Part shown: positions 29,189 through 47,053 of the stretch, in pieces
Numbering within the stretch: position 1 is the stretch's first letter
Layout of the letters: every line of letters begins with the position of its first letter
NCBI RefSeq assembly: GCF_000026545.1
Contig: NC_011601.1
Length of the DNA stretch: 64,000 nucleotides
Reading direction: 5' to 3' (one strand)
Source: Escherichia coli O127:H6 str. E2348/69
Lineage (GTDB): Bacteria > Pseudomonadota > Gammaproteobacteria > Enterobacterales > Enterobacteriaceae
Notes under the pieces: generated by a model
What the model was told of the DNA's origin: nothing
The model's database searches: none
What the model saw: only the letters and a program-made list of their open reading frames with translations
Translations under genes and position numbers: made by a program

Positions 29189-30139
29189 ATGCAGATCCTG
29201 TTGGCCAACCCGCGTGGTTTTTGTGCCGGGGTAGACCGCGCTATCAGCATTGTTGAAAACGCGCTGGCCATTTACGGCGCACCGATATATGTCCGTCACG
29301 AAGTGGTGCATAACCGCTACGTGGTCGATAGCCTGCGCGAGCGTGGGGCTATCTTTATTGAGCAGATTAGCGAAGTACCGGACGGCGCGATCCTGATTTT
29401 CTCCGCACACGGTGTTTCTCAGGCGGTACGTAATGAAGCGAAAAGCCGTGATTTGACGGTATTTGACGCGACCTGTCCGCTGGTGACCAAAGTGCATATG
29501 GAAGTCGCGCGCGCCAGCCGTCGTGGCGAAGAGTCAATTCTCATCGGCCACGCCGGGCATCCGGAAGTGGAAGGTACGATGGGCCAGTACAGTAACCCGG
29601 AAGGGGGAATGTATCTGGTCGAATCGCCGGACGATGTGTGGAAACTGACGGTCAAAAACGAAGAGAAACTCTCCTTTATGACCCAGACCACGCTATCGGT
29701 GGATGACACGTCTGATGTGATCGACGCGCTGCGTAAACGCTTCCCGAAAATTGTCGGTCCGCGCAAAGATGACATCTGCTACGCCACGACTAACCGTCAG
29801 GAAGCGGTACGCGCCCTGGCAGAGCAGGCGGAAGTAGTACTGGTGGTTGGTTCGAAAAACTCCTCCAACTCCAACCGTCTGGCGGAACTGGCCCAGCGTA
29901 TGGGCAAGCGCGCGTTTTTGATTGACGATGCGACAGATATCCAGGAAGAGTGGGTGAAAGAGGCGAAATGCGTCGGCGTGACTGCTGGCGCATCAGCTCC
30001 GGATATTCTGGTACAGAACGTAGTCGCACGTTTACAGCAGCTTGGCGGTGGCGAAGCCATTCCACTGGAAGGTCGTGAAGAAAACATTGTTTTCGAAGTG
30101 CCGAAAGAGCTGCGTGTCGATATTCGTGAAGTCGATTAA
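29189..30139 (+). CDS. ispH: 4-hydroxy-3-methylbut-2-enyl diphosphate reductase
   Basis: 316-aa [26 protein letters not shown]; track start 29105 is an extension. Confidence 0.95.
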   Translation: MQILLANPRGFCAGVDRAISIVENALAIYGAPIYVRHEVVHNRYVVDSLRERGAIFIEQISEVPDGAILIFSAHGVSQAVRNEAKSRDLTVFDATCPLVTKVHMEVARASRRGEESILIGHAGHPEVEGTMGQYSNPEGGMYLVESPDDVWKLTVKNEEKLSFMTQTTLSVDDTSDVIDALRKRFPKIVGPRKDDICYATTNRQEAVRALAEQAEVVLVVGSKNSSNSNRLAELAQRMGKRAFLIDDATDIQEEWVKEAKCVGVTAGASAPDILVQNVVARLQQLGGGEAIPLEGREENIVFEVPKELRVDIREVD

Positions 30140-30204
30140 GTCATTAGCAGCCTAAGTTATGCGAAAATGCCGGTCTTGTTACCGGCATTTTTTATGGAGA
30201 AAAC

Positions 30205-31119
30205 ATGCGTTTACCTATCTTCCTCGATACAGACCCCGGCATTGACGATGCCGTTGCCATTGCCGCCGCGATTTTTACCCCCGAACTCGATCTGCAACTG
30301 ATGACCACTGTCGCGGGTAATGTTTCGGTAGAGAAAACGACCCGCAACGCCCTGCAACTGCTGCATTTCTGGAATGTGGATATTCCGCTTGCCCAGGGCG
30401 CTGCCGTACCACTGGTTCGTGCGCCGCGCGATGCGGCATCTGTACACGGTGAATCGGGAATGGCTGGCTATGACTTTGTTGAACACAACCGTAAGCCACT
30501 GGGTATACCGGCGTTTCTGGCAATTCGTGATGCCCTGATGCGTGCGCCAGAGCCCGTTACCCTGGTGGCCATCGGCCCGTTAACCAATATTGCGCTGTTA
30601 CTTTCACAATGCCCGGAATGTAAGCCGTATATTCGCCGTCTGGTGATCATGGGCGGTTCTGCTGGTCGCGGCAACTGCACACCAAACGCCGAGTTTAATA
30701 TCGCTGCCGATCCAGAAGCGGCATCCTGTGTCTTCCGTAGCGGCATCGAAATCGTCATGTGTGGTCTGGATGTCACCAATCAGGCAATATTAACCCCTGA
30801 CTATCTCGCTACTTTGCCGGAGTTGAATCGCACCGGAAAAATGCTACACGCCCTGTTTAGCCACTACCGTAGCGGCAGTATGCAAAGTGGACTACGTATG
30901 CACGATCTTTGCGCTATCGCCTGGCTGGTGCGCCCGGAATTGTTCACTCTCAAACCGTGTTTTGTCGCGGTAGAAACTCAGGGTGAATTTACCTCAGGCA
31001 CGACGGTTGTTGATATCGACGGTTGCCTGGGCAAACCAGCCAATGTAAAGGTGGCATTGGATCTGAATGTAAAAGGCTTCCAGCAGTGGGTAGCTGAGGT
31101 GCTGGCTCTGGTGCCGTAA
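30205..31119 (+). CDS. rihC: non-specific ribonucleoside hydrolase
   Basis: 304-aa [22 protein letters not shown] (IU-nucleoside hydrolase motif DTDPGIDD). Confidence 0.9.
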   Translation: MRLPIFLDTDPGIDDAVAIAAAIFTPELDLQLMTTVAGNVSVEKTTRNALQLLHFWNVDIPLAQGAAVPLVRAPRDAASVHGESGMAGYDFVEHNRKPLGIPAFLAIRDALMRAPEPVTLVAIGPLTNIALLLSQCPECKPYIRRLVIMGGSAGRGNCTPNAEFNIAADPEAASCVFRSGIEIVMCGLDVTNQAILTPDYLATLPELNRTGKMLHALFSHYRSGSMQSGLRMHDLCAIAWLVRPELFTLKPCFVAVETQGEFTSGTTVVDIDGCLGKPANVKVALDLNVKGFQQWVAEVLALVP

Positions 31120-31270
31120 CCTGTCACATGTTATCGGCATGCAGCCATTCATCGACTCATGCCTTTCACTGATATCCCTCCCTGTTTATCATTAATTTCT
31201 AATTATCAGCGTTTTTGGCTGGCGGCGTAGCGATGCGCTGGTTACTCTGAAAACGGTCTATGCAAATTAA

Positions 31271-32107
<837 letters not shown>

Positions 32108-32562
32108 CCACAAGATGTTTATGGTGATGCAAAAATAACACATTTAATTCTTTGAATATAAAGGGCTTTAATTTTTGGCCCTTTTATTTTTAGTATTATG
32201 CTTTTTAATTTAATTTAAACGCTGAAAATCACATGTTTTGTATTCTTTTTTTGTTGTTTTAATGTAAATTTTGACCATCTGGTCCACTTTTTTCTACTTA
32301 TTTAGATTTCATGCAATCTTCTTGCTGCGCAAGCGTTTTCCAGAACATGTTATATGATCTTTTTGCCGCTTAATGCCTGTAAAACATGCATGAGCCACAA
32401 AATAATATAAAAAATCCCGCCATTAAGTTGACTTTTAGCTCCCATATCTCCAGAATGCCGCCGTTTGCCAGAAATTCGTCGGTAAGCAGATTTGCATTGA
32501 TTTACGTCATTATTGTGAATTAATATGCAAATAAAGTGAGTGAATATTCTCTGGAGGGTGTT
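32108..32562 (+). promoter_or_regulatory. carAB control region (tandem promoters with regulator-binding sites)
   Basis: long AT-rich leader upstream of carA containing tgaattaatatgcaaata (ARG-box-like) immediately before the start; assignment by established knowledge of the carAB promoter, individual sites not mapped here. Confidence 0.45.
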
Positions 32563-33711
32563 TTGATTAAGTCAGCGCTATTGGTTCTGGAAGACGGAAC
32601 CCAGTTTCACGGTCGGGCCATAGGGGCAACAGGTTCGGCGGTTGGGGAAGTCGTTTTCAATACTTCAATGACCGGTTATCAAGAAATCCTCACTGATCCT
32701 TCCTATTCTCGTCAAATCGTTACTCTTACTTATCCCCATATTGGCAATGTCGGCACTAATGACGCCGATGAAGAATCTTCTCAGGTACATGCCCAAGGTC
32801 TGGTGATTCGCGACCTGCCGCTGATTGCCAGCAACTTCCGTAATACCGAAGACCTCTCTTCTTACCTGAAGCGCCATAACATCGTGGCGATTGCCGATAT
32901 CGATACCCGTAAGCTGACGCGTTTACTGCGCGAGAAAGGCGCACAGAATGGCTGCATTATTGCGGGTGACAACCCGGATGCGGCGCTGGCGTTAGAAAAA
33001 GCCCGCGCGTTCCCTGGCCTGAATGGCATGGATCTGGCAAAAGAAGTGACTACCGCAGAACCCTATAGCTGGACACAAGGGAGCTGGACGCTGACCGGCG
33101 GCCTGCCAGAAGCGAAAAAAGAAGACGAGCTGCCGTTCCACGTCGTGGCTTATGATTTTGGTGCCAAGCGCAACATCCTGCGGATGCTGGTGGATAGAGG
33201 TTGTCGCCTGACCATCGTTCCGGCACAAACTTCTGCGGAAGATGTGCTGAAAATGAATCCGGACGGCATCTTCCTCTCCAACGGTCCTGGCGACCCGGCC
33301 CCGTGCGATTACGCCATTACCGCCATCCAGAAATTCCTCGAAACCGATATTCCGGTATTCGGCATCTGCCTCGGTCATCAGCTGCTGGCGCTGGCGAGCG
33401 GTGCGAAGACTGTAAAAATGAAATTTGGTCACCACGGCGGCAACCATCCGGTTAAAGATGTTGAGAAAAATGTGGTGATGATTACCGCCCAGAACCACGG
33501 TTTTGCGGTGGATGAAGCAACATTACCTGCAAACCTGCGTGTCACACATAAATCCCTGTTCGACGGTACGTTACAGGGCATTCATCGTACCGATAAACCG
33601 GCGTTCAGCTTCCAGGGACACCCGGAAGCCAGCCCTGGTCCACACGACGCCGCGCCGTTGTTTGACCACTTTATCGCGTTAATTGAGCAGTACCGTAAAA
33701 CCGCTAAGTAA
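32563..33711 (+). CDS. carA: carbamoyl-phosphate synthase small subunit
   Basis: 382-aa ORF starting at a TTG codon ([17 protein letters not shown]); track start 32536 is an extension. Confidence 0.9.
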   Translation: MIKSALLVLEDGTQFHGRAIGATGSAVGEVVFNTSMTGYQEILTDPSYSRQIVTLTYPHIGNVGTNDADEESSQVHAQGLVIRDLPLIASNFRNTEDLSSYLKRHNIVAIADIDTRKLTRLLREKGAQNGCIIAGDNPDAALALEKARAFPGLNGMDLAKEVTTAEPYSWTQGSWTLTGGLPEAKKEDELPFHVVAYDFGAKRNILRMLVDRGCRLTIVPAQTSAEDVLKMNPDGIFLSNGPGDPAPCDYAITAIQKFLETDIPVFGICLGHQLLALASGAKTVKMKFGHHGGNHPVKDVEKNVVMITAQNHGFAVDEATLPANLRVTHKSLFDGTLQGIHRTDKPAFSFQGHPEASPGPHDAAPLFDHFIALIEQYRKTAK

Positions 33712-33728
33712 TCAGGAGTAAAAGAGCC

Positions 33729-36700
33729 ATGCCAAAACGTACAGATATAAAAAGTATCCTGATTCTGGGTGCGGGCCCGATTGTTATCGGTCAGGCGTGT
33801 GAGTTTGACTACTCTGGCGCGCAAGCGTGTAAAGCCCTGCGTGAAGAGGGCTACCGCGTCATTCTGGTGAACTCCAACCCGGCGACTATCATGACCGACC
33901 CGGAAATGGCTGATGCAACCTACATCGAGCCGATTCACTGGGAAGTGGTACGCAAAATTATTGAAAAAGAGCGCCCGGACGCGGTGCTGCCAACCATGGG
34001 GGGGCAGACGGCGCTGAACTGTGCGCTGGAGCTTGAGCGTCAGGGCGTGCTGGAAGAGTTCGGCGTCACCATGATTGGTGCCACTGCCGATGCGATTGAT
34101 AAAGCCGAAGACCGCCGCCGTTTCGACGTAGCGATGAAGAAAATCGGTCTGGAAACTGCGCGTTCCGGTATCGCTCATTCAATGGAAGAAGCGCTGGCGG
34201 TTGCCGCTGAAGTTGGCTTCCCGTGCATTATTCGCCCATCCTTTACCATGGGTGGTAGCGGCGGCGGTATCGCTTATAACCGCGAAGAGTTTGAAGAAAT
34301 TTGCGCCCGCGGTCTGGATCTCTCTCCGACTAAAGAGCTGCTGATTGATGAGTCGCTGATCGGCTGGAAAGAGTACGAGATGGAAGTGGTGCGTGATAAA
34401 AACGACAACTGCATCATCGTCTGCTCTATCGAAAACTTCGATGCGATGGGCATCCATACCGGTGACTCCATCACTGTCGCGCCAGCCCAAACGCTGACCG
34501 ACAAAGAATATCAAATCATGCGTAACGCCTCGATGGCGGTACTGCGTGAAATCGGCGTTGAAACCGGTGGTTCCAACGTCCAGTTTGCGGTGAACCCGAA
34601 AAACGGTCGCCTGATTGTTATCGAAATGAACCCGCGCGTGTCTCGCTCCTCTGCGCTGGCGTCGAAAGCCACTGGTTTCCCGATTGCCAAAGTGGCGGCG
34701 AAACTGGCGGTGGGTTACACCCTCGACGAGCTGATGAACGACATCACCGGTGGGCGTACTCCGGCCTCCTTCGAGCCGTCCATCGACTATGTGGTTACTA
34801 AAATTCCTCGCTTCAACTTCGAGAAATTCGCCGGTGCTAACGACCGTCTGACCACTCAGATGAAATCGGTTGGCGAAGTGATGGCGATTGGTCGCACGCA
34901 GCAGGAATCCCTGCAAAAAGCGCTGCGCGGCCTGGAAGTGGGCGCAACTGGCTTCGATCCGAAAGTGAGTCTCGACGACCCGGAAGCGCTGACTAAAATC
35001 CGCCGCGAACTGAAAGATGCTGGCGCAGAGCGTATCTGGTATATCGCTGATGCCTTCCGCGCGGGCCTGTCTGTAGACGGCGTGTTTAATTTGACCAACA
35101 TTGACCGCTGGTTCCTGGTACAGATTGAAGAGCTGGTGCGTCTGGAAGAGAAAGTCGCAGAAGTGGGCATCACTGGCCTGAACGCTGAATTCCTGCGCCA
35201 GCTGAAACGCAAAGGCTTTGCCGATGCGCGTCTGGCAAAACTCGCGGGCGTGCGTGAAGCAGAGATCCGCAAGCTGCGCGACCAGTATGATCTGCACCCG
35301 GTTTATAAGCGCGTGGATACCTGTGCGGCAGAGTTCGCCACCGACACCGCTTACATGTACTCCACTTATGAAGAAGAGTGCGAAGCGAATCCGTCTACCG
35401 ACCGTGAAAAAATCATGGTGCTCGGCGGCGGCCCGAACCGTATCGGTCAGGGTATCGAATTCGACTACTGCTGTGTACACGCCTCGCTGGCGCTGCGCGA
35501 AGATGGTTATGAAACCATTATGGTTAACTGTAACCCGGAAACCGTCTCCACCGACTACGACACCTCCGACCGCCTCTACTTCGAGCCGGTAACTCTGGAA
35601 GACGTGCTGGAAATTGTGCGTATTGAGAAGCCGAAAGGTGTTATCGTCCAGTACGGCGGTCAGACCCCGCTGAAACTGGCGCGCGCGCTGGAAGCTGCTG
35701 GCGTACCGGTTATCGGTACCAGCCCGGATGCCATCGACCGTGCGGAAGACCGTGAACGCTTCCAGCATGCGGTTGAGCGTCTGAAACTGAAACAACCGGC
35801 GAACGCCACCGTTACCACCATCGAAATGGCGGTTGAGAAAGCGAAAGAGATTGGCTACCCGCTGGTGGTGCGTCCGTCTTACGTTCTCGGCGGTCGGGCG
35901 ATGGAAATCGTCTATGACGAAGCTGACCTGCGTCGCTACTTCCAGACAGCGGTCAGCGTATCTAACGATGCGCCAGTGTTGCTGGACCACTTCCTTGATG
36001 ACGCAGTAGAAGTTGACGTGGATGCCATCTGCGACGGCGAAATGGTGCTGATTGGCGGCATCATGGAGCATATTGAGCAGGCGGGCGTGCACTCCGGTGA
36101 CTCCGCATGTTCGCTGCCAGCCTACACCTTAAGTCAGGAAATTCAGGATGTGATGCGCCAGCAGGTGCAGAAACTGGCCTTCGAATTGCAGGTACGCGGC
36201 CTGATGAACGTGCAGTTTGCGGTGAAAAACAACGAAGTCTACCTGATTGAAGTTAACCCGCGTGCGGCGCGTACCGTTCCGTTCGTCTCCAAAGCCACCG
36301 GCGTACCGCTGGCAAAAGTGGCGGCGCGTGTGATGGCTGGCAAATCGCTGGCTGAGCAGGGCGTAACCAAAGAAGTTATCCCGCCGTACTACTCGGTGAA
36401 AGAAGTGGTGCTGCCGTTCAATAAATTCCCGGGCGTTGACCCGCTGTTAGGGCCAGAAATGCGATCTACCGGGGAAGTAATGGGCGTGGGCCGCACCTTC
36501 GCTGAAGCGTTTGCCAAAGCGCAGCTGGGCAGCAACTCCACCATGAAGAAACACGGTCGTGCGCTGCTTTCCGTGCGCGAAGGCGATAAAGAACGCGTGG
36601 TGGACCTGGCGGCAAAACTGCTGAAACAGGGCTTCGAGCTGGATGCGACTCACGGCACGGCGATTGTGCTGGGCGAAGCGGGTATCAATCCGCGTCTGGT

Positions 36701-36950
36701 GAACAAGGTGCATGAAGGCCGTCCGCACATTCAGGACCGTATTAAGAATGGCGAATATACCTACATCATCAACACCACCTCAGGTCGTCGTGCGATTGAA
36801 GACTCCCGCGTGATCCGTCGCAGTGCGCTGCAATATAAAGTGCATTACGACACCACCCTGAACGGCGGCTTTGCCACCGCGATGGCGCTGAATGCCGATG
36901 CGACCGAAAAAGTAATTTCGGTGCAGGAAATGCACGCGCAGATCAAATAA
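33729..36950 (+). CDS. carB: carbamoyl-phosphate synthase large subunit
   Basis: 1073-aa [33 protein letters not shown]. Confidence 0.97.
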   Translation: MPKRTDIKSILILGAGPIVIGQACEFDYSGAQACKALREEGYRVILVNSNPATIMTDPEMADATYIEPIHWEVVRKIIEKERPDAVLPTMGGQTALNCALELERQGVLEEFGVTMIGATADAIDKAEDRRRFDVAMKKIGLETARSGIAHSMEEALAVAAEVGFPCIIRPSFTMGGSGGGIAYNREEFEEICARGLDLSPTKELLIDESLIGWKEYEMEVVRDKNDNCIIVCSIENFDAMGIHTGDSITVAPAQTLTDKEYQIMRNASMAVLREIGVETGGSNVQFAVNPKNGRLIVIEMNPRVSRSSALASKATGFPIAKVAAKLAVGYTLDELMNDITGGRTPASFEPSIDYVVTKIPRFNFEKFAGANDRLTTQMKSVGEVMAIGRTQQESLQKALRGLEVGATGFDPKVSLDDPEALTKIRRELKDAGAERIWYIADAFRAGLSVDGVFNLTNIDRWFLVQIEELVRLEEKVAEVGITGLNAEFLRQLKRKGFADARLAKLAGVREAEIRKLRDQYDLHPVYKRVDTCAAEFATDTAYMYSTYEEECEANPSTDREKIMVLGGGPNRIGQGIEFDYCCVHASLALREDGYETIMVNCNPETVSTDYDTSDRLYFEPVTLEDVLEIVRIEKPKGVIVQYGGQTPLKLARALEAAGVPVIGTSPDAIDRAEDRERFQHAVERLKLKQPANATVTTIEMAVEKAKEIGYPLVVRPSYVLGGRAMEIVYDEADLRRYFQTAVSVSNDAPVLLDHFLDDAVEVDVDAICDGEMVLIGGIMEHIEQAGVHSGDSACSLPAYTLSQEIQDVMRQQVQKLAFELQVRGLMNVQFAVKNNEVYLIEVNPRAARTVPFVSKATGVPLAKVAARVMAGKSLAEQGVTKEVIPPYYSVKEVVLPFNKFPGVDPLLGPEMRSTGEVMGVGRTFAEAFAKAQLGSNSTMKKHGRALLSVREGDKERVVDLAAKLLKQGFELDATHGTAIVLGEAGINPRLVNKVHEGRPHIQDRIKNGEYTYIINTTSGRRAIEDSRVIRRSALQYKVHYDTTLNGGFATAMALNADATEKVISVQEMHAQIK

Positions 36951-37002
36951 TAGCGTGTCATGGCGGATATTTTTCATCCGCTAATTTGATCGAATAACTA
37001 AT

Positions 37003-37030
37003 ACGGTTCTCTGATGAGGACCGTTTTTTT
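37003..37030 (+). terminator. putative carB terminator
   Basis: imperfect hairpin ggttctc...gaggacc followed by tttttttt. Confidence 0.5.
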
Positions 37031-37210
37031 TGCCCATTAAGTAAATCTTTTGGGGAATCGATATTTTTGATGACATAAGCAGGATTTAGCTCACACTTAT
37101 CGACGGTGAAGTTGCATACTATCGATATATCCACAATTTTAATATGGCCTTGTTTAATTGCTGCAAAACGAGTCATAGCCAGTCTTTTAATTTGTGAAAC
37201 TGGAGTTCGT

Positions 37211-37606
37211 ATGTGTGAAGGATGTGTTGAAAAACCACTCTATTTGTTAATCGCCGAATGGATGATGGCTGAAAACCGGTGGGTGATAGCAAGAGAGATC
37301 TCTATTCATTTCGATATTGAACACAGCAAGGCGGTTAATACCCTGACTTATATTCTGTCGGAAGTCACAGAAATAAGCTGCGAAGTTAAGATGATCCCTA
37401 ATAAGCTGGAAGGGCGGGGATGCCAGTGCCAGCGACTGGTAAAAGTGGTTGATATCGATGAGCAAATTTACGCGCGCCTGCGCAATAACAGCCGGGATAA
37501 ATTAGTCGGCGTAAGAAAGACGCCGTGTATTCCTGCCGTTCCGCTCACGGAACTTAACCGCGAGCAGAAGTGGCAGATGATGTTGTCAAAGAGTATGCGT
37601 CGTTAA
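37211..37606 (+). CDS. caiF: transcriptional activator of the cai/fix operons
   Basis: 131-aa ORF MCEGCVEKPLYLLIAEWMMAENRWVIAREI. Confidence 0.85.
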   Translation: MCEGCVEKPLYLLIAEWMMAENRWVIAREISIHFDIEHSKAVNTLTYILSEVTEISCEVKMIPNKLEGRGCQCQRLVKVVDIDEQIYARLRNNSRDKLVGVRKTPCIPAVPLTELNREQKWQMMLSKSMRR

Positions 37607-37636
37607 TGTCATTCCGTTGATACCACGCAGCCTGGT

Positions 37637-37720
37637 TGCCGGATGCAATGCTGGCGCATCTTATCTGGCCTACGGTTGCTTTCCAGCCAGGTCGGATAAG
37701 GCGTTTACGCCGCATCCGGA
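37637..37720. repeat. REP element pair
   Basis: gccggatgcaatgctggcgcatcttatctggcctac and inverted partner cgccgcatccgg. Confidence 0.5.
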
Positions 37721-37724
37721 AAGA

Positions 37725-38315
37725 TCACCGTTTCGGCGTCACATCCGTCGTCCCCTGCAAACGGGGGCGATTTTCCTCCATTTGCCTCAGTGGCTGCGTT
37801 TCATGTAACGATGCATGACAGCGCCCGACAAGATCCTGATACTCTTTGGTATTCAACCGTTTCCAGTGTAACTCGTCGTCACTCACGCTGCGTACAGCGC
37901 GGGCTGGCGTACCCATCAACAACTGGCGTTTCTCGCCGCGAAAGCCCGCTTTGACAAAGCTCATAGCGGCAACAATGCTCTCTTCGCCAATGACCGCGCC
38001 ATCCATAATCACGCTGTTCATCCCGACCAGTGCATCGCGACCAATCACACAACCATGCAGGATCGCTCCGTGCCCGATATGACCGTTTTCCCCAACGATG
38101 GTGTCAGTGTCGCAGTAGCCATGCATAATGCAGCCATCCTGAATATTGGCTCCCGCTTGCACGATCAACCGCCCGTAGTCACCACGCAGTGAGGCGAGTG
38201 GGCCGATGTAGACACCGGCTCCCACAATCACATCGCCAATCAAGACTGCGCTGGGATGGACAAACGCCGTCGGGTGAACAACCGGAATTAACCCCTCAAA
38301 GGCGTAATAGCTCAC
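37725..38315 (-). CDS. caiE: carnitine operon protein CaiE (hexapeptide-repeat acyltransferase family)
   Basis: 196 aa from a probable GTG start ([18 protein letters not shown]); the ATG at 38336 would give 203 aa. Confidence 0.85.
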   Translation of the reverse strand: MSYYAFEGLIPVVHPTAFVHPSAVLIGDVIVGAGVYIGPLASLRGDYGRLIVQAGANIQDGCIMHGYCDTDTIVGENGHIGHGAILHGCVIGRDALVGMNSVIMDGAVIGEESIVAAMSFVKAGFRGEKRQLLMGTPARAVRSVSDDELHWKRLNTKEYQDLVGRCHASLHETQPLRQMEENRPRLQGTTDVTPKR

Positions 38316-38320
38316 GGTTG

Positions 38321-39106
38321 TTAACGTCCTTTCCACACTGGATCGCGCTTCTCGGCAAACGCCAGCGGCCCTTCAATGGCATCCTCCGAATGCAGAACCG
38401 ATGGATAGTGTTTCAACACGCCGCTGCGAATATAGCGATACGCTTCTTCTACCGGCATTGCACTGGTGGTGCGGTAGATCTCTTTCAGCGCCGCAATCGC
38501 CAGCGGAGCGCTGTTAACCAGCTGCTGCGCCAGTTCGCGGGCGTTATCCATCAGTTCCGCCTGGCTAACCACGCGGTTGACTACCCCCCAACGCAGCGCC
38601 TCTTCTGCGCCCATTCGTCTGCCGGTCATCACCATTTCATTGACGATGGCAGGCGGCAGGATCTTCGGCAGACGCAGCACGCCGCCGCTGTCAGGGACGA
38701 TGCCCAGTTTCGCTTCCGGCAGGGCGAAGCTGGCGTTATCGGCACAAACAATAAAATCTGCCGCCAGCGCCAGTTCAAAGCCGCCGCCAAAGGCATAGCC
38801 GTTCACAGCGGCGATAACCGGTTTGTCGAGATTGAAAATTTCGGTTAATCCCGCAAAACCTCCCGGGCCAAAGTCAGCATCCGGTGCTTCGCCTTCTGCT
38901 GCCGCTTTTAAATCCCAGCCCGCGGAAAAGAATTTCTCTCCGGCACCGGTAATAATGGCGACACGTAATTGCGGATCGTCACGGAAATTTAGAAATACTT
39001 CGCCCATTTCAAAGCTGGTTTTTGCATCAATAGCATTCGCTTTTGGACGATCAAGGGTAATTTCCAGAATTGATCCATTGCGGGTCAGATGTAATGATTC
39101 ACTCAT
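38321..39106 (-). CDS. caiD: carnitinyl-CoA dehydratase
   Basis: 261 aa from [27 protein letters not shown] (crotonase fold); track entry to 39214 is an upstream extension. Confidence 0.9.
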   Translation of the reverse strand: MSESLHLTRNGSILEITLDRPKANAIDAKTSFEMGEVFLNFRDDPQLRVAIITGAGEKFFSAGWDLKAAAEGEAPDADFGPGGFAGLTEIFNLDKPVIAAVNGYAFGGGFELALAADFIVCADNASFALPEAKLGIVPDSGGVLRLPKILPPAIVNEMVMTGRRMGAEEALRWGVVNRVVSQAELMDNARELAQQLVNSAPLAIAALKEIYRTTSAMPVEEAYRYIRSGVLKHYPSVLHSEDAIEGPLAFAEKRDPVWKGR

Positions 39107-39214
39107 TCCTTTTCTCCATTTTTGCTTTTTCAGGGACGACAACATCCCTGCAAAAAATGCATATTGTTTTAGAGCGTGATTATTAGCTGGCAGGGTAGTT
39201 CCCTGCCGTTTCAT

Positions 39215-40768
39215 TTATTTCAGATTCTTTCTAATTATTTTCCCCGAGCAATTACGTGGCAGATCTTTTCTGATCTCCAGATAAGAGAGCACTTTAAATT
39301 TCGCCATATTCTGTTCACAGAAGCAGAAGAATTCCTCTTCGCTCAATGTTTCACCTTCATTCAGCACCACAAATGCTTTGATGGCTTCATCGCGAATCGA
39401 ATCTTTAATACCCACAACCACGATATCCTGAATTTTTGGATGGGTGGCGATGATATTTTCGAGCTCCACGCAGGAGACATTCTCGCCACCGCGTTTGATC
39501 ATATTGCAGCGGCGATCGACGAAATAAAAAAAGCCCTCTTCGTCGCGGTATCCGGTATCGCCGGTATGTAGCCAGCCATCGGCTTCCAGTACTTTCGCAG
39601 TGGCTTTCGGGTTGAGAAAATACTCTTTGAAGATGGTTTTCCCTGGTACGCCTTTAATACAGATTTCACCGATCTCACCTGCCGGGAGCGGGCGATTGTG
39701 ATCGTCGCGGATCTCCGCTTCGTAGCAAAACCCCGCCTGACCAATCGACGGCCAGCGTCGTTTATCGCCAGGGCGATCGCCGATAATGCCAACAATGGTT
39801 TCCGTCATCCCATAAGACGTCAGCAAGCGAACGCCAAAGCGTTCACAAAACGCGTCTTTTTCCTGCTCCGACAAGTTGAGATAAAACATCACTTCCCGCA
39901 GGCGGTGTTGCTGATCGTTCGCTGAAAGCGGCTGCACCATCAACGTACGAATCATCATCGGAATACATTCGGTAATGGTGGCGCGGTACTTTTGCACCTG
40001 TCCCCAGAAGGCACGGGCGCTGTATTTCTCGACCAGCACAAAGGTGGCCCCGGTAGAAAACGCCGCCATCGCCGCAGTACACTGGCAATCGATATGAAAC
40101 GCAGGCATTACCGTCAGGTAGACGTCATCGTCACGCAGTGCACACTGCCAGGCGGAGTAATATCCAGCGAAGCGCAGGTTGTAATGAGTTATCACCACCC
40201 CTTTCGGTCGGGAGGTGGTGCCGGAGGTGAAGAGAATTTCCGCCGTATCGTCAGTCGATAGCGGCGGTGCATAGCACAAGGTGGCAGGTTGTTGATTTTT
40301 CAGTTGAGTAAACGAACTCACGCCATCATCAGCGGGAAGTGACACATCTGTCAGGCAAATGTGCCGCAACTGCGTGGCATCTTCCTGCTGAATCTGTTGA
40401 TACATAGGATAAAATTGCGCACTGGTCACCAGCAGGCACGCCTGGCTATTTTGCAGGATCCACGTGCTTTCTTCGCGCAACAGGCGGGCGTTAATCGGCA
40501 CCATAATCGCGCCAATTTTTGCCAACCCGAACCAGCAAAAGATAAATTCCGGGCAGTTGTCGAGATGTAGAGCAACCTTGTCGCCTTTGCGAATCCCCAG
40601 CGTATAAAACAGGTTTGCCGTGCGGTTAATCTCCTGATTTAACTCAAGATAACTATACCGGTTAACGACTCCGCTGCTGGATTCACAAATCAGCGCCGTT
40701 TTATGACCGTAAACGTCCGCCAGATCGTCCCACATTTGACGTAGATGTTGTCCGCCAATGATATCCAT
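39215..40768 (-). CDS. caiC: carnitine-CoA ligase
   Basis: 517 aa from [22 protein letters not shown]-binding motif [10 protein letters not shown]. Confidence 0.9.
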   Translation of the reverse strand: MDIIGGQHLRQMWDDLADVYGHKTALICESSSGVVNRYSYLELNQEINRTANLFYTLGIRKGDKVALHLDNCPEFIFCWFGLAKIGAIMVPINARLLREESTWILQNSQACLLVTSAQFYPMYQQIQQEDATQLRHICLTDVSLPADDGVSSFTQLKNQQPATLCYAPPLSTDDTAEILFTSGTTSRPKGVVITHYNLRFAGYYSAWQCALRDDDVYLTVMPAFHIDCQCTAAMAAFSTGATFVLVEKYSARAFWGQVQKYRATITECIPMMIRTLMVQPLSANDQQHRLREVMFYLNLSEQEKDAFCERFGVRLLTSYGMTETIVGIIGDRPGDKRRWPSIGQAGFCYEAEIRDDHNRPLPAGEIGEICIKGVPGKTIFKEYFLNPKATAKVLEADGWLHTGDTGYRDEEGFFYFVDRRCNMIKRGGENVSCVELENIIATHPKIQDIVVVGIKDSIRDEAIKAFVVLNEGETLSEEEFFCFCEQNMAKFKVLSYLEIRKDLPRNCSGKIIRKNLK

Positions 40769-40840
40769 TGCACCTCTATCCATTTTGTTCGTTTGTTATT
40801 GGGCGGGCGCTAGTCAGGCAAGTTGACTGACGCCACGCGT

Positions 40841-42076
<1,236 letters not shown>

Positions 42077-42089
42077 TTATGTAGCGCAT

Positions 42090-42170
<81 letters not shown>

Positions 42171-42175
42171 CGGAC

Positions 42176-43318
42176 TTAGCGGTATTGCTTCAGCACCGCG
42201 CGACCCAGCGTCAGGATCTGCATTTCGTCAGATCCTCCGGAAACGCGGTCTACACGCAGGTCACGCCAGAAGCGGCTGATGCGGTGGTTGCCCGCAATCC
42301 CGACACCGCCCAGCACCTGCATTGCGCTATCCACCACTTCAAATGCCGCATTGGCGCAGAAGTATTTGCACATCGCTGCATCGCCAGAGGTGATGGTGCC
42401 GTTGTCTGCTTTCCACGCTGCTTCATACAGCATGTTTTTCATGGAGTTTAATTTGATCGCCATGTGGGCGAATTTTTCCTGAATCAACTGGAAACGACCA
42501 ATAGCCTCGCCAAACTGCACACGCTGGTTGGCGTAGCGCGCCGCATCTTCAAAGGCGCACATCGCCGTACCGTAGTTGGTCAGGGCTACCAGGAAACGTT
42601 CATGGTCGAACTCTTCTTTGACGCGGTTAAAGCCGTTACCTTCCCGACCGAACATGTCTTTCTCGTCCAGTTCCACGTCGTCAAAAGTGATTTCACAGCA
42701 GCTATCCATACGCAGACCGAGCTTTTCAAGTTTGGTCACTTTGATGCCCGGTTTGCTCATATCAACAAACCATTCGGTGTAGACAGGTTTGTCCGGAGAA
42801 GCCCCGTCGCGCGCCATCACCACGATGTACGGGGTGTAGGCGCTACTGGTAATAAAACACTTACTACCATTAAGATAAATCTTACCATTTCTACGGGTAT
42901 AAGTCGTTTTCAGGCTACCCACGTCGGAGCCTGCGCCCGGTTCGGTAATCGCTGAGTTCCACATCTGCTTACCGGTGCCGCGGAAAGCCATGATCTTGTC
43001 GATCTGCTCTTGCGTACCTTCACGCAGGAAGGTGTTAAACCCGCCCGGTAACTGATACAGCACGTAAGTTGGCGCTCCCAGACGACCCAGTTCCATCCAC
43101 ACGGCGGCGAGAGTAACAAACCCCGCGTCCAGACCACCGTGCTCTTCAGGGATCAGCAGACTGTCGATACCCATATCCGCCAGGGCTTTGACAAAACGTT
43201 CCGGGTAGACGCTGTCACGGTCGCACTCGGCAAAATAGGCTTCCCAGTTTTCGCTGGCCATCAGTTCGCGGATACCGGCGACAAACAGTTCCTGCTCATC
43301 ATTTAAATTAAAATCCAT
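42176..43318 (-). CDS. caiA: crotonobetainyl-CoA reductase
   Basis: 380-aa acyl-CoA dehydrogenase-family [32 protein letters not shown]. Confidence 0.95.
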
Positions 43319-43348
43319 CTTTCAACCTCTTGATATTTTGGGGGTTAA

Positions 43349-45276
<1,928 letters not shown>

Positions 45277-46047
45277 ATGAAGATTATTACTTGCTATAAG
45301 TGCGTGCCTGATGAACAGGATATTGCGGTCAATAATGCTGATGGTTCGTTAGACTTCAGCAAAGCCGATGCCAAAATAAGCCAATACGATCTCAACGCTA
45401 TTGAAGCGGCTTGCCAGCTAAAGCAACAGGCAGCAGAGGCGCAGGTGACGGCCTTAAGTGTGGGCGGTAAAGCCCTGACCAACGCCAAAGGGCGTAAAGA
45501 TGTGCTATCGCGCGGTCCGGATGAACTGATTGTGGTGATTGATGACCAGTTCGAGCAGGCACTGCCGCAACAAACGGCGAGCGTACTGGCTGCAGCCGCT
45601 CAGAAAGCAGGCTTTGATTTGATCCTCTGTGGCGATGGTTCTTCCGACCTTTATGCCCAGCAGGTTGGTTTGCTGGTAGGCGAAATCCTTAATATTCCGG
45701 CAGTTAACGGCGTCAGCAAAATTATCTCCCTGACTGCAGATACCCTCACCGTTGAGCGCGAACTGGAAGATGAAACAGAAACCTTAAGCATTCCGCTGCC
45801 TGCGGTTGTTGCTGTTTCCACTGATATCAACTCCCCACAAATTCCTTCGATGAAAGCCATTCTCGGCGCGGCGAAAAAGCCAGTCCAGGTATGGTCGGCG
45901 GCGGATATCGGTTTTAACGCAGAGGCAGCCTGGTCAGAACAACAGGTTGCCGCGCCGAAACAGCGCGAGCGTCAGCGCATCGTGATTGAAGGCGACGGCG
46001 AAGAACAGATCGCCGCATTTGCTGAAAATCTTCGCAAAGTCATTTAA
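45277..46047 (+). CDS. fixA: electron transfer flavoprotein beta-subunit homologue
   Basis: 256 aa from [18 protein letters not shown]; track start 45214 is an extension. Confidence 0.9.
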
Positions 46048-46061
46048 TTACAGGGGATGCT

Positions 46062-47003
46062 ATGAACACGTTTTCTCAAGTCTGGGTATTCAGCGATACC
46101 CCTTCTCGTCTGCCGGAACTGATGAACGGTGCGCAGGCTTTAGCTAATCAAATCAACACGTTCGTCCTCAATGATGCCGACGGCGCACAGGCAATCCAGC
46201 TCGGCGCTAATCATGTCTGGAAATTAAGCGGCAAACCGGACGATCGGATGATCGAAGATTACGCCGATGTCATGGCTGACACTATTCGCCAGCACGGCGC
46301 AGACGGTCTGGTGCTGTTGCCAAACACCCGTCGCGGCAAATTACTGGCGGCGAAACTGGGTTACCGCCTTAACGCGGCGGTGTCTAACGATGCCAGCGCT
46401 GTTAGCGTGCAGGACGGTAAAGCGACAGTGAAACACATGGTTTACGGCGGTCTGGCGATTGGCGAAGAACGCATTGCCACGCCGTATGCGGTACTGACCA
46501 TCAGCAGCGGCACGTTCGATGTGGCTCAGCCAGACGCGTCACGCACTGGCGAAACGCACACCGTGGAGTGGCAGGCTCCGGCTGTGGCGATTACCCGCAC
46601 GGCAACCCAGGCGCGTCAGAGCAACAGCGTCGATCTCGACAAAGCCCGCCTGGTGGTCAGCGTTGGTCGCGGTATTGGCAGCAAAGAGAACATTGCGCTG
46701 GCAGAACAGCTTTGCAAGGCGATAGGTGCGGAGTTGGCCTGTTCTCGTCCGGTGGCGGAAAACGAAAAATGGATGGAGCACGAACGCTATGTCGGTATCT
46801 CCAACCTGATGCTGAAACCTGAACTGTACCTGGCGGTGGGGATCTCCGGGCAGATCCAGCACATGGTTGGCGCTAATGCGTCGCAAACCATTTTCGCCAT
46901 CAACAAAGATAAAAATGCGCCGATCTTCCAGTTCGCGGATTACGGCATTGTTGGCGACGCCGTGAAGATCCTTCCGGCACTGACCGCAGCTTTAGCGCGT
47001 TGA
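46062..47003 (+). CDS. fixB: electron transfer flavoprotein alpha-subunit homologue
   Basis: 313-aa [28 protein letters not shown]. Confidence 0.9.
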   Translation: MNTFSQVWVFSDTPSRLPELMNGAQALANQINTFVLNDADGAQAIQLGANHVWKLSGKPDDRMIEDYADVMADTIRQHGADGLVLLPNTRRGKLLAAKLGYRLNAAVSNDASAVSVQDGKATVKHMVYGGLAIGEERIATPYAVLTISSGTFDVAQPDASRTGETHTVEWQAPAVAITRTATQARQSNSVDLDKARLVVSVGRGIGSKENIALAEQLCKAIGAELACSRPVAENEKWMEHERYVGISNLMLKPELYLAVGISGQIQHMVGANASQTIFAINKDKNAPIFQFADYGIVGDAVKILPALTAALAR

Positions 47004-47053
47004 TCCACTCTGGCAGGGCTGCATTTTGGCCCTGCCGCTGACAGGGAGCTCTT

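Noticed and set aside
34179-36092. 637-aa minus-strand ORF inside carB
   Set aside because: Antisense to carB; no start context; shadow ORF
38189-38848. 219-aa plus-strand ORF overlapping caiE/caiD
   Set aside because: Antisense to two well-supported cai genes; Arg/Gln-rich low-complexity translation
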